A DNA stretch of 64,000 nt from Armatimonadota bacterium (GTDB lineage Bacteria; Armatimonadota; SYMT01), in contig JBKBRF010000003.1 in the NCBI GenBank assembly GCA_046292385.1, positions 178,231-242,230 on the forward strand, given 5' to 3'. Under the pieces are notes generated by a model that saw only the letters and a program-made list of their open reading frames with translations, was not told where the DNA came from and did not search any database. Below, one piece after another: positions 1-8,841 of this stretch. The position numbers were made by a program, and so were the translations under genes. The first letter of the stretch is position 1. Each line of letters starts with the position of its first letter.

Positions 1-56
1 GGGCCCCTCACCGGAGCCCGGCCGCGGTCCAATTACCCAACGCGGCGCCGCGCGGC

Positions 57-1058
57 TTACCGGATGCTCGCCGCTTCCTCGTCGCCGGTCTCCTCCGCGT
101 CCATCGGGCTCTCCAGGTCGGTCTGCGGGTAGGCCGACCACTGGTTCTCCCCCTTCGGAACCGACTTGGAGATCTCCTGGCTGCGCGTGGAGCTCATCTG
201 CCGGTTGAGCTGGTGGACCTCGTCCTGGCTTTTCGAGGTGCCGACGATCGGCTGATCGAGCAGGCCGCGGGTCTCCAGGCAGTGGGTGAGCGGATCGTCC
301 ACGTACTCCCACTGCTCGCCCTGGCTCCACGGGCCCTGTCCCTGGTTCCACGGGCCGCGCGCGTCGGTGCCGTTCGACATGTTGAAGTAGACGTGCGTGA
401 AGCGCGGGTCACCCTGCAGCACTCCCGGCGGGAAGTTCGGCTGGATCGTGTCGAGTGCCGCGTGGAACATCTGGAAGTGCGCGATCTCGCGCGTCATCAG
501 GAACCGCAGCGACTCCTGCACGTGCGGGTCGTCCGTGAACTGGAGCAGGTACTCGTAGACGATCTTCGCGCGCGACTCCGCCGCGATGTTGGAGCGGAGG
601 TCGACCGTCAGGTCGCCGTTCGCATTCACGTACGCGGCGGTCCACGGCACGCCCTGGCTGTCGGTCAGGGTGGGGCCGCCGCCGGAGAGCACCAGGAACT
701 GCGGGTTGGTGAGCGCCTCGTGGAGCATCTGCTCCTTCCGCTCCTTGCCCTGCATGAGCTGGACCACCGGATTCGCCTCCGCGGCGTTCTTCAGCTCGCC
801 GTTCACGCCGTCCAGCAGCATCGTGATCGTGGCGCCGACGATCTCCAGGTGACTCAGCTCCTCCGCCGCGATGTCCATCAGCAGGTCGTACTTCTCCGGG
901 TACGGCTGCCGCGCCGCGAACGCCTGCACGAAGTACTGCATCGCCGCCTTGAGCTCCCCATTTCCGCCGCCGAACTGCTCCAGCAGCAGGCGGGCGAAGC
1001 GGGGGTCCGGTGCGGAGACACGCGCGTTGAACTGCAACTCCTTGACGTGGTGGAACAT
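57..1058 (-). CDS. manganese catalase family protein
   Basis: MFHHVKELQF start, EQFGGGNGE, EELSHLE, NIAAESRAK and REIAH ferritin-like Mn ligands; GGAG SD. Confidence 0.93.
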   Translation of the reverse strand: MFHHVKELQFNARVSAPDPRFARLLLEQFGGGNGELKAAMQYFVQAFAARQPYPEKYDLLMDIAAEELSHLEIVGATITMLLDGVNGELKNAAEANPVVQLMQGKERKEQMLHEALTNPQFLVLSGGGPTLTDSQGVPWTAAYVNANGDLTVDLRSNIAAESRAKIVYEYLLQFTDDPHVQESLRFLMTREIAHFQMFHAALDTIQPNFPPGVLQGDPRFTHVYFNMSNGTDARGPWNQGQGPWSQGEQWEYVDDPLTHCLETRGLLDQPIVGTSKSQDEVHQLNRQMSSTRSQEISKSVPKGENQWSAYPQTDLESPMDAEETGDEEAASIR

Positions 1059-1155
1059 CGACTACTCCTCCGAAGGGACCGTCGGCACGGCGGCCGTGAC
1101 CCCTCGACTCTGCCCGTCAGCGGCAGCTCTGAAACGGAGCTTCGCAGTGCGGTCA

Positions 1156-1365
1156 TCACTCTCCCAGCAGGTCGAGGCAGGCCTGCTTCACCGACAGCAC
1201 GTCCGCGCCGTCGACTTCCACCTCCACGCGCCACGGGGCGGTGCCGTGGTCCGGTCCCAGCAGCCGCACGCTCGCCCCGGGATACTGATCGCGAATCGGC
1301 AAGAGCTGCTGCCGGACTCCCTCCGCGAGCTCTCGTGAGAGCGCCGGCTCGATGAAGCGCGCCAT
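1156..1365 (-). CDS. small hypothetical protein (69 aa)
   Basis: ATG at 1365 with GGAGG SD; protein-like composition; divergent from csoR. Confidence 0.55.
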   Translation of the reverse strand: MARFIEPALSRELAEGVRQQLLPIRDQYPGASVRLLGPDHGTAPWRVEVEVDGADVLSVKQACLDLLGE

Positions 1366-1440
1366 CTGGGTTCCCTCCATCCGGAGTCCATGCCGCTTAC
1401 ACCGCCTCTGCCCTCGCTGCACCGCGTCGAAACGACTCAC

Positions 1441-1457
1441 ATACCCGCCCCGGGTAT
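1441..1457 (+). promoter_or_regulatory. CsoR-type operator upstream of csoR
   Basis: ATACCCGCCCCGGGTAT, 17-nt C/G-tract pseudo-palindrome like the B. subtilis copZA operator. Confidence 0.8.
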
Positions 1458-1499
1458 CGTAAGATGGGGAGACAGGACCGATCGGACCAGGAGAGTGGA

Positions 1500-1763
1500 A
1501 TGCTGCCGGAAGTGAAGAAGGACGCCACGAACCGCATCAACCGCATCGCGGGACAGGTGGCGGGCGTCAAGAAGATGATCGACGAGGACCGCTACTGCGT
1601 CGACGTGCTGAACCAGATCTCCGCCATCCGCTCCGCGCTCGACCGCCTCGGCGTGGAACTGCTCACCGGCCACCTGGAGAGCTGCGTGATCGGCGCGGAC
1701 GACTGCAAGAAGCACGACTTGCTGGAAGAGGTGCGCGTCTCCCTCAGCCGTTTTCTGAAATAG
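1500..1763 (+). CDS. csoR: CsoR family copper-sensing repressor
   Basis: RINRIAGQV, RYCVDVLNQISA, HLESC (C-H-C ligand set); next to copZ/copA. Confidence 0.93.
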   Translation: MLPEVKKDATNRINRIAGQVAGVKKMIDEDRYCVDVLNQISAIRSALDRLGVELLTGHLESCVIGADDCKKHDLLEEVRVSLSRFLK

Positions 1764-1781
1764 CCCCATGACTAACCCCGC

Positions 1782-1836
1782 TTGTCGCTCATACCCCCAG
1801 GGGGTATAATACGCGAGGTATACCCCCCAGGGGTAT
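1782..1836 (+). promoter_or_regulatory. sigma70 promoter of cop operon with two CsoR operators
   Basis: TTGTCG(1782)-N17-TATAAT(1805); operators ATACCCCCAGGGGGTAT 1791-1807 and ATACCCCCCAGGGGTAT 1820-1836. Confidence 0.85.
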
Positions 1837-1862
1837 TCAGTCCGATGCGAGAGGGTAAGCAC

Positions 1863-2081
1863 ATGAAGGAAGCGCAGGAGATCACGTTCGGGGTAGACGG
1901 CATGGCCTGCGGCGGGTGCGCCGCGGGGCTGGAACGGAGCCTCCGCGAGCAGGAGGGGGTGCGCGAAGCGCGGGTCGACTTCGCCGGACGGCAGGCACGG
2001 ATTTGCTTCGATCCGGCCCGCGTGCAGCCGGAAGGCCTGGCGGCGGCGATCCGCGGCGCGGGCTACGACGTGCGGAGCTAG
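1863..2081 (+). CDS. copZ: CopZ-like copper chaperone (HMA domain)
   Basis: GMACGGC motif, 72 aa, ends AGYDV. Confidence 0.9.
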   Translation: MKEAQEITFGVDGMACGGCAAGLERSLREQEGVREARVDFAGRQARICFDPARVQPEGLAAAIRGAGYDVRS

Positions 2082-2090
2082 GAGGCGGCC

Positions 2091-2486
2091 ATGGATACGG
2101 CGGAAATCTTCGTCACCCTGGGGGGGCTGCTCGCGATCGCGTGGGTGGTCTGGTTCTTCTTCCTCGGGGAGCGGGAGCGGACCGTCGCCGCGGTGGGCGC
2201 CACCGGCGCGCAGGAAGTGAAGATCCTGGTGAAGGGCGGCTACGACCCGGACGTGGTGGTGGTGCGGCAGGGACGGCCGGTGCGGCTGGAGTTCTACCGG
2301 GATGAGACCGCCGGCTGCTCCGACACGGTGGTGCTGGGCGACTTCGGCATCGCCCGGCCCCTACCGCCCTACCAGTCGACGGTGGTGGAGCTCACCCCGG
2401 AGCGGGCGGGAGAGTTTACGTTCACGTGCGGCATGAACATGCTGCGCGGCAAGCTGATCGTCGAGCCGGCGGGGGAGGGAGAGTAG
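2091..2486 (+). CDS. membrane-anchored cupredoxin-domain protein (CupA-like)
   Basis: N-terminal TM helix, GGYDP, upstream Cys, [10 protein letters not shown]. Confidence 0.85.
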   Translation: MDTAEIFVTLGGLLAIAWVVWFFFLGERERTVAAVGATGAQEVKILVKGGYDPDVVVVRQGRPVRLEFYRDETAGCSDTVVLGDFGIARPLPPYQSTVVELTPERAGEFTFTCGMNMLRGKLIVEPAGEGE

Positions 2487-2488
2487 CG

Positions 2489-4993
2489 ATGCAGACGACG
2501 GAGCGACCCCGGGAGAGCGGGGGCACGGAGCGCGTGGGCGTGCCGGTGACCGGCATGACCTGCGCCGCGTGCGCCGCGCGCATCGAGAAGGTCCTGCGCC
2601 GCACCGAAGGCGTGCGCGAGGCGAACGTCAACTTCGCCGCGCACCGTGCCACGGTGGAGTACGACCCCGCCGCCACCGACACGCGGACCCTGGTGGAGCG
2701 GATCCGGAACGCCGGCTACGGCACCGCCGGCACGGCGGAGGCCCGCTTCCGCGTGAACGACAGCGAGTGCATGACCTGCACGCCGGACAAGCTGGAGAAA
2801 GCGGTCCTCCCCGTCGCCGGGGTGCTGGCAGCCACCTACAACGCCGCCACGCAGCAGGTGATCGTGGAGTACCTGCCGGAGGCCGCGGACCTCGACGTGG
2901 TCCGCCGCGCCCTCGAGTCGGCCGGCTACCGGGTGGAAGACACGCCGCCCGCGGGCGCGGTGGGAGCGCCGGAAGGCGAGGCGGACTGGGAGCAGCAGGC
3001 GCGGGAGCAGGAGTACCGGGAGATCTGGCGGCGGCTGCTGGTGGCGCTGGTGTTCGGCGTGCCGGTGACCGTGGTCGCGATGCTCCATCTCGACTTCCCG
3101 GGCAACCACTGGTTCCAGCTCCTCTTCACCACGCCGGTCGTCTTCTACTCCGGCCGGCCGTTCTTCACCGGCGCCTGGGGCGCGCTGCGGCACCGCTCCG
3201 CCGACATGAACACGCTGATCGCCCTGGGAACCGGGGCGGCGTATCTCTACAGCGTCGTCGCCACGCTCTTCCCGCAGAGCGTCACGGTCGCGGCCGGCCA
3301 CGCGGCGCACGCCGCGGCGCCGGTCTACTTCGAAGCGGCCGCGGTGATCATCGCGCTGATCCTGGTCGGGCGCCTGCTGGAGGCGCGTGCCAAGGCGCGG
3401 ACCGGCGACGCGATCCGGCGCCTGATGGGGCTGCAGGCCCGCACGGCGCGGGTGATCCGCGGCGAGCAGGAGCTGGAGGTCCCGGTCGAAGAGGTGGCGC
3501 CTGGCGACCTGGTGCTGGTGCGCCCGGGCGAGAAGATCCCGGTCGACGGCGTCATCCGGTCCGGCGAGAGCGCGGTCGACGAGTCGATGCTGACCGGCGA
3601 GAGCCTGCCGGTGGAGAAGCGCCCCGGCGACGAGGTGTTCGGCGCGACCGTGAACCGCACCGGCGCCTTCCGCTACGAGGCGACCCGAGTGGGCAAAGAC
3701 TCGGCGCTGCAGCAGATCATCAAGCTGGTGCAGGACGCGCAGGGCAGCAAGGCGCCGATCCAGCGGCTGGCGGACGTGATCAGCGGCATCTTCGTGCCGG
3801 TGGTACTCATCATCGCCATCGCCACCTTCGTGGCCTGGTTCAACTTCGCGCCGGTGGAGACGCGGCTGCAGCAGTCGCTGGTCGCCTTCGTCTCCGTCCT
3901 GATCATCGCCTGCCCCTGCGCCCTCGGCCTCGCGACCCCCACCGCCATCATGGTCGGCACCGGCAAGGGCGCGGAGAACGGCGTGCTGATCAAGGGCGGC
4001 GAGAGCCTGGAGACGGCGCACCGGCTGAGCGCCATCATCCTGGACAAGACCGGCACGATCACCCACGGACGGCCGGAGCTGACCGACGTGCTCGCCGCGG
4101 CGGGGGGAGAAGCGGCCGAGACCGAGCTGCTGCGCCTGGCGGCGGCGGCGGAGCGCTCCTCGGAGCACCCGCTCGGCGAGGCGATCGTCCGGGCCGCCGA
4201 GGCGCGGGGGCTCCCGCTGCCCGAGCCGAGCGCGTTCCAGTCGCTCACCGGCCGGGGCCTGGAGGCGACCGTCGACGGTCGTTCCCTGCTGGTCGGCAAC
4301 CGGCGGTTGATGGAGGAGCGGGGAATCGACATCTCGGCGCTCGACGACGCGATGACTCGGCTCGCCGGGGAGGGCAAGACCCCGATGCTGGCGGCAGTCG
4401 ACGGCGCCGCGGCCGGCATCCTCGCGGTGGCGGACACGGTGAAGGAGAGCTCACCCGCCGCGGTGGCGGCGCTGCGGCGGATGGGGCTGGAAGTGGCGAT
4501 GATCACCGGCGACAACCGCCGCACCGCGGAAGCGGTGGCGCGGCAGGTCGGGATCGACCGCGTCCTCGCCGAGGTCCTGCCGGAGCACAAGGCGGAGCAG
4601 GTGAAGCAGCTTCAGTCCGAAGGCAAGGTGGTGGCGATGGTCGGCGACGGCATCAACGACGCCCCCGCGCTGGCGCAGGCGGACGTCGGCATCGCGATCG
4701 GCACCGGCACCGACATCGCGATGGAGGCGTCCGACGTCACGCTGATCCGGGGCGACCTGAACGGCGTGGTGACCGCGGTCGAGCTCTCCCGCGCTACGAT
4801 GCGGACGATCAAGCAGAATCTCTTCTTCGCCTTCATCTACAACACGCTCGGGATCCCGGTCGCGGCGGGGGTCTTCTACCCGCTCTTCGGGTGGATGCTC
4901 TCCCCGATGTTCGCCAGCGCGGCGATGGCGCTCTCCAGCGTCTCCGTGGTCACCAACAGCCTCCGCCTCCGCGGCTTCCACCCGCGGAGGTAG
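2489..4993 (+). CDS. copA: Cu(I)-exporting P1B-1 ATPase
   Basis: GMTCAAC plus a second CMTC metal-binding domain, TGES, CPC, DKTGT, HP, GDGIND, YN and MALSS motifs. Confidence 0.95.
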   Translation: MQTTERPRESGGTERVGVPVTGMTCAACAARIEKVLRRTEGVREANVNFAAHRATVEYDPAATDTRTLVERIRNAGYGTAGTAEARFRVNDSECMTCTPDKLEKAVLPVAGVLAATYNAATQQVIVEYLPEAADLDVVRRALESAGYRVEDTPPAGAVGAPEGEADWEQQAREQEYREIWRRLLVALVFGVPVTVVAMLHLDFPGNHWFQLLFTTPVVFYSGRPFFTGAWGALRHRSADMNTLIALGTGAAYLYSVVATLFPQSVTVAAGHAAHAAAPVYFEAAAVIIALILVGRLLEARAKARTGDAIRRLMGLQARTARVIRGEQELEVPVEEVAPGDLVLVRPGEKIPVDGVIRSGESAVDESMLTGESLPVEKRPGDEVFGATVNRTGAFRYEATRVGKDSALQQIIKLVQDAQGSKAPIQRLADVISGIFVPVVLIIAIATFVAWFNFAPVETRLQQSLVAFVSVLIIACPCALGLATPTAIMVGTGKGAENGVLIKGGESLETAHRLSAIILDKTGTITHGRPELTDVLAAAGGEAAETELLRLAAAAERSSEHPLGEAIVRAAEARGLPLPEPSAFQSLTGRGLEATVDGRSLLVGNRRLMEERGIDISALDDAMTRLAGEGKTPMLAAVDGAAAGILAVADTVKESSPAAVAALRRMGLEVAMITGDNRRTAEAVARQVGIDRVLAEVLPEHKAEQVKQLQSEGKVVAMVGDGINDAPALAQADVGIAIGTGTDIAMEASDVTLIRGDLNGVVTAVELSRATMRTIKQNLFFAFIYNTLGIPVAAGVFYPLFGWMLSPMFASAAMALSSVSVVTNSLRLRGFHPRR

Positions 4994-5057
4994 GGTGGCG
5001 TCGGACGGTGTCTAAGCGCACGGCGCGCAGACGGTACCCTCCAGCGTGGGAGTCATT

Positions 5058-5195
5058 TGGAGTGCGGAAGCTTGCTTCCGCTTTGAGGAGCCTTTCGCCA
5101 CGGTAGCTTTCTGCGAGCGAAAGCAAGCTCTCGCAGCAGGCGGCGGACCGGCCTCGGAGGCTGCGGCGAAAGCGGGAGCGAGCTCCCGCACTCCA
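5058..5195. repeat. REP-like inverted repeat pair
   Basis: TGGAGTGCGGAAGCTTGCTTCCGCTTT ... AAAGCGGGAGCGAGCTCCCGCACTCCA. Confidence 0.75.
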
Positions 5196-5252
5196 GATTC
5201 CGTCCCGCTCAGCCTGGATCGCCCGACGCAGATGTGGATCCGGAGGAAAGCC

Positions 5253-5609
5253 ATGCGCATCGGCTCCATCGTCATCTACTGCCGCGACTTCCCGACGATG
5301 CGCCGCTTCTGGCGGGAGGCGCTCCGCTACGTGCCGCGGGAGGAGCCGGAGGACGGGTGGGTCGTGCTCTGCGACCCGCGCGGACCGAACGTCAACGTCT
5401 CGCTTAACCGGGCGAGCGAGCCCCGCGCCGAGCGGGGGCGGCTGCACCCCGACCTCTACACGCCGGACGCCGCGACGGAGGTGGAGCGGCTGCTCGCGCT
5501 GGGAGCCACCCTCCACCCGCGGCGGGCGGAGCCGGACGAGGACTTCACCGTGCTGGCCGACCCGGAAGGAAACCTCTTCTGCGTGGTGGAGAAGCGCGCC
5601 CGCGCCTGA
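5253..5609 (+). CDS. VOC/glyoxalase family protein
   Basis: RIGSIVI..RFWREAL..LHPDL..VLADPEGNLFCVV; GGAGG SD. Confidence 0.88.
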   Translation: MRIGSIVIYCRDFPTMRRFWREALRYVPREEPEDGWVVLCDPRGPNVNVSLNRASEPRAERGRLHPDLYTPDAATEVERLLALGATLHPRRAEPDEDFTVLADPEGNLFCVVEKRARA

Positions 5610-5707
5610 TCTTTCGTTTGCCGACCGGGAGCCGGAGGGCAGGAGTCTCTGGAGGCCCCGCCTCCCCCGCCCGATCGGCGGGCGGGGACCCACGAGTGAG
5701 GAAGAGG

Positions 5708-6070
5708 ATGCCCCACGTAAGCCCCGAGATGCGCGAGTGTATCGACGCCTGCACCTCCTGCCACCAGACCTGCGTCGAGACGGTGACCCACTGCCTGCAG
5801 ATGGGCGGCAAGCACGCGGAAGCGGACCATATCCGGCTGATGCTCGACTGCGCCGAGATCTGCGAGACGAGCGCCAACTTCATGCTGCGCGGCTCGGACC
5901 TGCACCAGGAGACCTGCCGCACCTGCGCCGTCGTTTGCGAGCGCTGCGCCGAAGACTGCGAGCGCTTCGACGAGGACTTCATGCAGCGGTGCGCCGAGGA
6001 GTGCCGCAACTGTGCGGAGCACTGCCGCCGCATGGCGGGCTCCCAGCGCACGATGGCACGCGCCGCCTAG
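5708..6070 (+). CDS. four-helix-bundle copper storage protein (Csp3/DUF326-like)
   Basis: 16 Cys in CxxC/CxxxC helical spacing, no signal peptide. Confidence 0.88.
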   Translation: MPHVSPEMRECIDACTSCHQTCVETVTHCLQMGGKHAEADHIRLMLDCAEICETSANFMLRGSDLHQETCRTCAVVCERCAEDCERFDEDFMQRCAEECRNCAEHCRRMAGSQRTMARAA

Positions 6071-6211
6071 CACACCCTCTGGGGAGCCGGCCGGGTGCCG
6101 GCTCCCCCCCGCGCCTCTCCCACCTGCAGCTTCTCCGTGAGTTTGCGTCCCCCAGGCGGCCGGGTACGCACCGTTGAGAGGGACCGAACGGCAACTGCGG
6201 GAGAGGGCGAG

Positions 6212-6784
6212 ATGATCGAGAAGATGCGGAGGGCACTGGCAGCCGCCGGGGTGCTGGCGGCGACTCTGGCCGTCCCGGCGCTGGGCTGGGGACCGGACGC
6301 GGAGGCGGCGGCTTCGACCCAGCAGGGGATTCAGGGTCCCGTCCCTGCTCCGGAGAGCACGGGAAGCGCCGCCGGGCAGGTAGACGCGCGGGACCCCGCG
6401 CAGCCCGTCCAGGCACCGGCGGATCCGGCCGGGGCCGCGGCAGAGCGCGCCGATCCCGGCGGCATTCCGGGAGGTGACATGGTGGGCGGGGTGCTGGTGC
6501 CGGAGACCGGCGGCGACGCGATTGGCTCGCAGAGCGTGAGGGAGCCGCTTCCCAGAGGGGCAGAAACGCTCTCGCGGGAGGGGGCGAGCACCTCGCCGCA
6601 GCAGGCGCAGGACGATGTCTACGGCCGGCACGATCCGGAGTATCTGGAGCCTGGTAAGCGCGGCGAGTGGGACACCAACTTCGCGTGGCTCGCCCTTCTC
6701 CTGATCCCGTTCCTGGTGGGCGGTGCGGCCGTCTGGTGGATGCGCCAGCGAGGCACCCCGCGGGAGCGGCATCCCGCGCCCTAG
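6212..6784 (+). CDS. exported low-complexity protein with C-terminal membrane anchor
   Basis: signal peptide, Pro/Ala/Gly/Gln-rich body, TM segment followed by MRQR basic tail. Confidence 0.7.
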   Translation: MIEKMRRALAAAGVLAATLAVPALGWGPDAEAAASTQQGIQGPVPAPESTGSAAGQVDARDPAQPVQAPADPAGAAAERADPGGIPGGDMVGGVLVPETGGDAIGSQSVREPLPRGAETLSREGASTSPQQAQDDVYGRHDPEYLEPGKRGEWDTNFAWLALLLIPFLVGGAAVWWMRQRGTPRERHPAP

Positions 6785-6799
6785 CCCGGCGCGATGCGC

Positions 6800-6833
6800 G
6801 CGGCCGGCGGCTGGGACGGAAGGCCGCCGGCCG
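6800..6833. terminator. GC-rich hairpin between convergent genes
   Basis: CGGCCGGCGGC / GCCGCCGGCCG 11-bp stem; no U tract. Confidence 0.45.
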
Positions 6834-6850
6834 GTCGCCTTTCGCGCCGC

Positions 6851-7445
6851 CTACCTGCCGCTCGGCGGCGCGGAGATACTGCTCGTACGGCACCGCGCCG
6901 GTGATCACCTCGTCGCGGATGAAGACGGTCGGGATGCCCTGCACCCCCTGCTCCAGCGCCTCGCGGTACTCGGACCAGACTTCCTCGAGCCCGTCGCCCG
7001 CCTCCAGCGCAGCGGTCAGCGCCGACGCGTCGATGCCGGCACGGGCGGCGAGCTCCGCCAGCACGGCCGCGTCGCTGACGTCGCGCGTCTCCTGGAAGAA
7101 GGCCTCGAAGAGGGAGAGGTCGAACGCGTCGAAGCGGTCCGGCGCGTGGCGCTTCACCCACGCCGCCGCCTGCAGCGCCGGCAGCGACGAGGACGGGTAG
7201 CGGCTCCCCACCTCCGGCAGGTCGAACGGCAGCCCGGTCAGCTCCCGCGCCGCCCGGCGGTGGCGGAGGTGGTATTCCGTGAACCGGTGCTCTCCCGGCT
7301 CGCCGCGCAGCACGAAGGCGCGGTGGACCAGGCGGACCGGCACCCCCAGCTCCTGCTGCAGCTTCCGCAGGCGCACGGCCGCGGGCCAGCACCAGGGTCA
7401 GAGGTAGTCCGAGACGACCGTAATCTCCAGCGGCTCTCCGGGCAT
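6851..7445 (-). CDS. DsbA/FrnE family thioredoxin-fold protein, putative selenoprotein (UPWC)
   Basis: ATG 7445 with AGGAG SD; MPGEPLEITVVSDYL-TGA-PWCW; GVQGIPTV cis-Pro loop and GAVPYE. Domain ends near 6855, but the first in-frame stop is at 5979; TAG at 6853-6851 is 1 nt out of frame, so the 3' end is uncertain. Confidence 0.82.
7365..7384 (-). promoter_or_regulatory. candidate bacterial SECIS element (DsbA gene)
   Basis: CCGC-GGC-CGUGC-GCC-U-GCGG hairpin; loop at +21..+25 after UGA with GU at +22/+23. Confidence 0.55.
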
Positions 7446-7515
7446 GGCTCTACTCCTGACAGCTTCTCTCGGGGCCAGTCTACCCCACGCGGGCGACCGG
7501 CCAACCACCCGGGAA

Positions 7516-8730
7516 TCAGTGCGCCAGCACGAAGGCGCCGTCCGGACGCGCATAGGCCGCGGGAACGCCCCAGACCGGCACCCCGTCGGGAAGCCTTCCG
7601 AGCTCGCCGATCGGCTTTCCGGAGCGGTCGAACCGCTGCCAGGCGAGGTGTCCGCCGCGGCGCCACGCGGTCCCTTCCGTCCAGGCGAGCAGCACCTCCC
7701 CGTCCGGGTTGACCGCCAGCGCGGGGTGCTTCCGGCTCCCGGCCTCTCCCGGCGCCGCGACCGCCGGACCGATCCGGCCGGTGCGGGGATCCACCCGGCC
7801 GAAGTAGACCTGCCCCGCCGTCTCCCACGCCGCCAGCACGCCGTTCGGGCCCTCGACCAGGGCCCAGCTGCTCATCGGTCAGGTGTCGATCTTCCACCGG
7901 TCTCCCTGGGCCCCCCGGAAGCTCTTGCCGGCGTCTCCGGACGACAGCAGGTACGTGTCTCGGTTCACCTTGCCGTCCGCGGTGCGGTAGAGCACGTAGA
8001 CGCCGCCGCTGCTGTCGGCAAACACCTTCGTCAGGCAGCAGGGGCAGGCGCCGGTCGGCTCCGTCTCCACCGCGCGCTCCGCGGCGAAAGTGCGGCCGTC
8101 GTCCGCCGATTGGGCCATCCAGACCCGCCGCTTCTCCTCTCCCGGACCCGGTTTACCCGGCGCGACGGCGCCCTCCGCGCCGTGCCAGGCGACATAGACG
8201 CCGCCCCGTCGGTCGGCCGCGATACCCGGGCCGCCGTCGAGCAGCGAGCTGGCGTGCATCAGGGGCCGCTGCGGCTCGAACGTGGTCCCGGCCTCGCTCA
8301 GCCGGGAGTAGAGCACCGGCGCGCCGCCGAGCGGGTTCGCCTCCGCGCGGCTGGAGCCGAACCAGACCACGTGCGGGCGCCCACCCTTCCCCAGCGCAAG
8401 CTGGCCGCCGCGGATGGTGCCGGCCGCGACCGCGCTGCCGGGGACGCTGTTCACTCGCAGTGGCGCTGCCCACTCACCGCCCGCGGCGGGACGGCGGGTG
8501 TAGAACAGGTCGCCGCTGGCGTCCTGCCCCTGGTAGTAGAGCAGGTGGACCTGGCCGGATGCGTCGACCGCCACCTGCGGCTGGATGCCGCCGTCCGGGG
8601 GGCGCACCAGCTCGACCGGGGCCGCCGCGGCCGCCCGCGCCGGCTCCACGCTCCGGCATCCACCGCCGACCAGCACGCCGCACGCGGCGGAGCCGATCCC
8701 GAGCACCACCGATCGACGCGTCCGTTTCAT
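7516..8730 (-). CDS. BNR/sialidase-like beta-propeller Tat lipoprotein, putative selenoprotein (404 aa, U284)
   Basis: RR signal and GGGC lipobox; Asp-boxes SADDGRTF and SGDAGKSF; CPCC; WKIDT-TGA-PMSS read-through joins track ORFs ending 7879 and starting 7875 in the same frame. Confidence 0.8.
7846..7866 (-). promoter_or_regulatory. candidate bacterial SECIS element (BNR gene)
   Basis: UGGGCCCU-GGUCG-AGGGCCCG 8-bp stem starting at +13 after UGA; loop +21..+25 with GU at +22/+23. Confidence 0.72.
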
Positions 8731-8841
8731 CCGCTGCTTCCTTTGCTGAACCTTCGCTGCTATGCGAGTCGCCCGGAAAGGGATTGCCGTCGGGCAGTAG
8801 AATTGGGCCAGGTAGCTGCCCCATGTCCGGAGGTCTAGCCC

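Noticed and set aside
5750..5765. CTSCH as a c-type heme motif
   Set aside because: Part of the Cys-rich Csp pattern; no export signal
7516..7875. Independent 119-aa gene
   Set aside because: No SD, same frame as the upstream gene, and separated only by TGA-CCG; better explained as read-through
7398..7881. Genome-wide UGA reassignment
   Set aside because: Many clear genes here, including rplD, the AKR and the kinase ending at 46914, end at TGA
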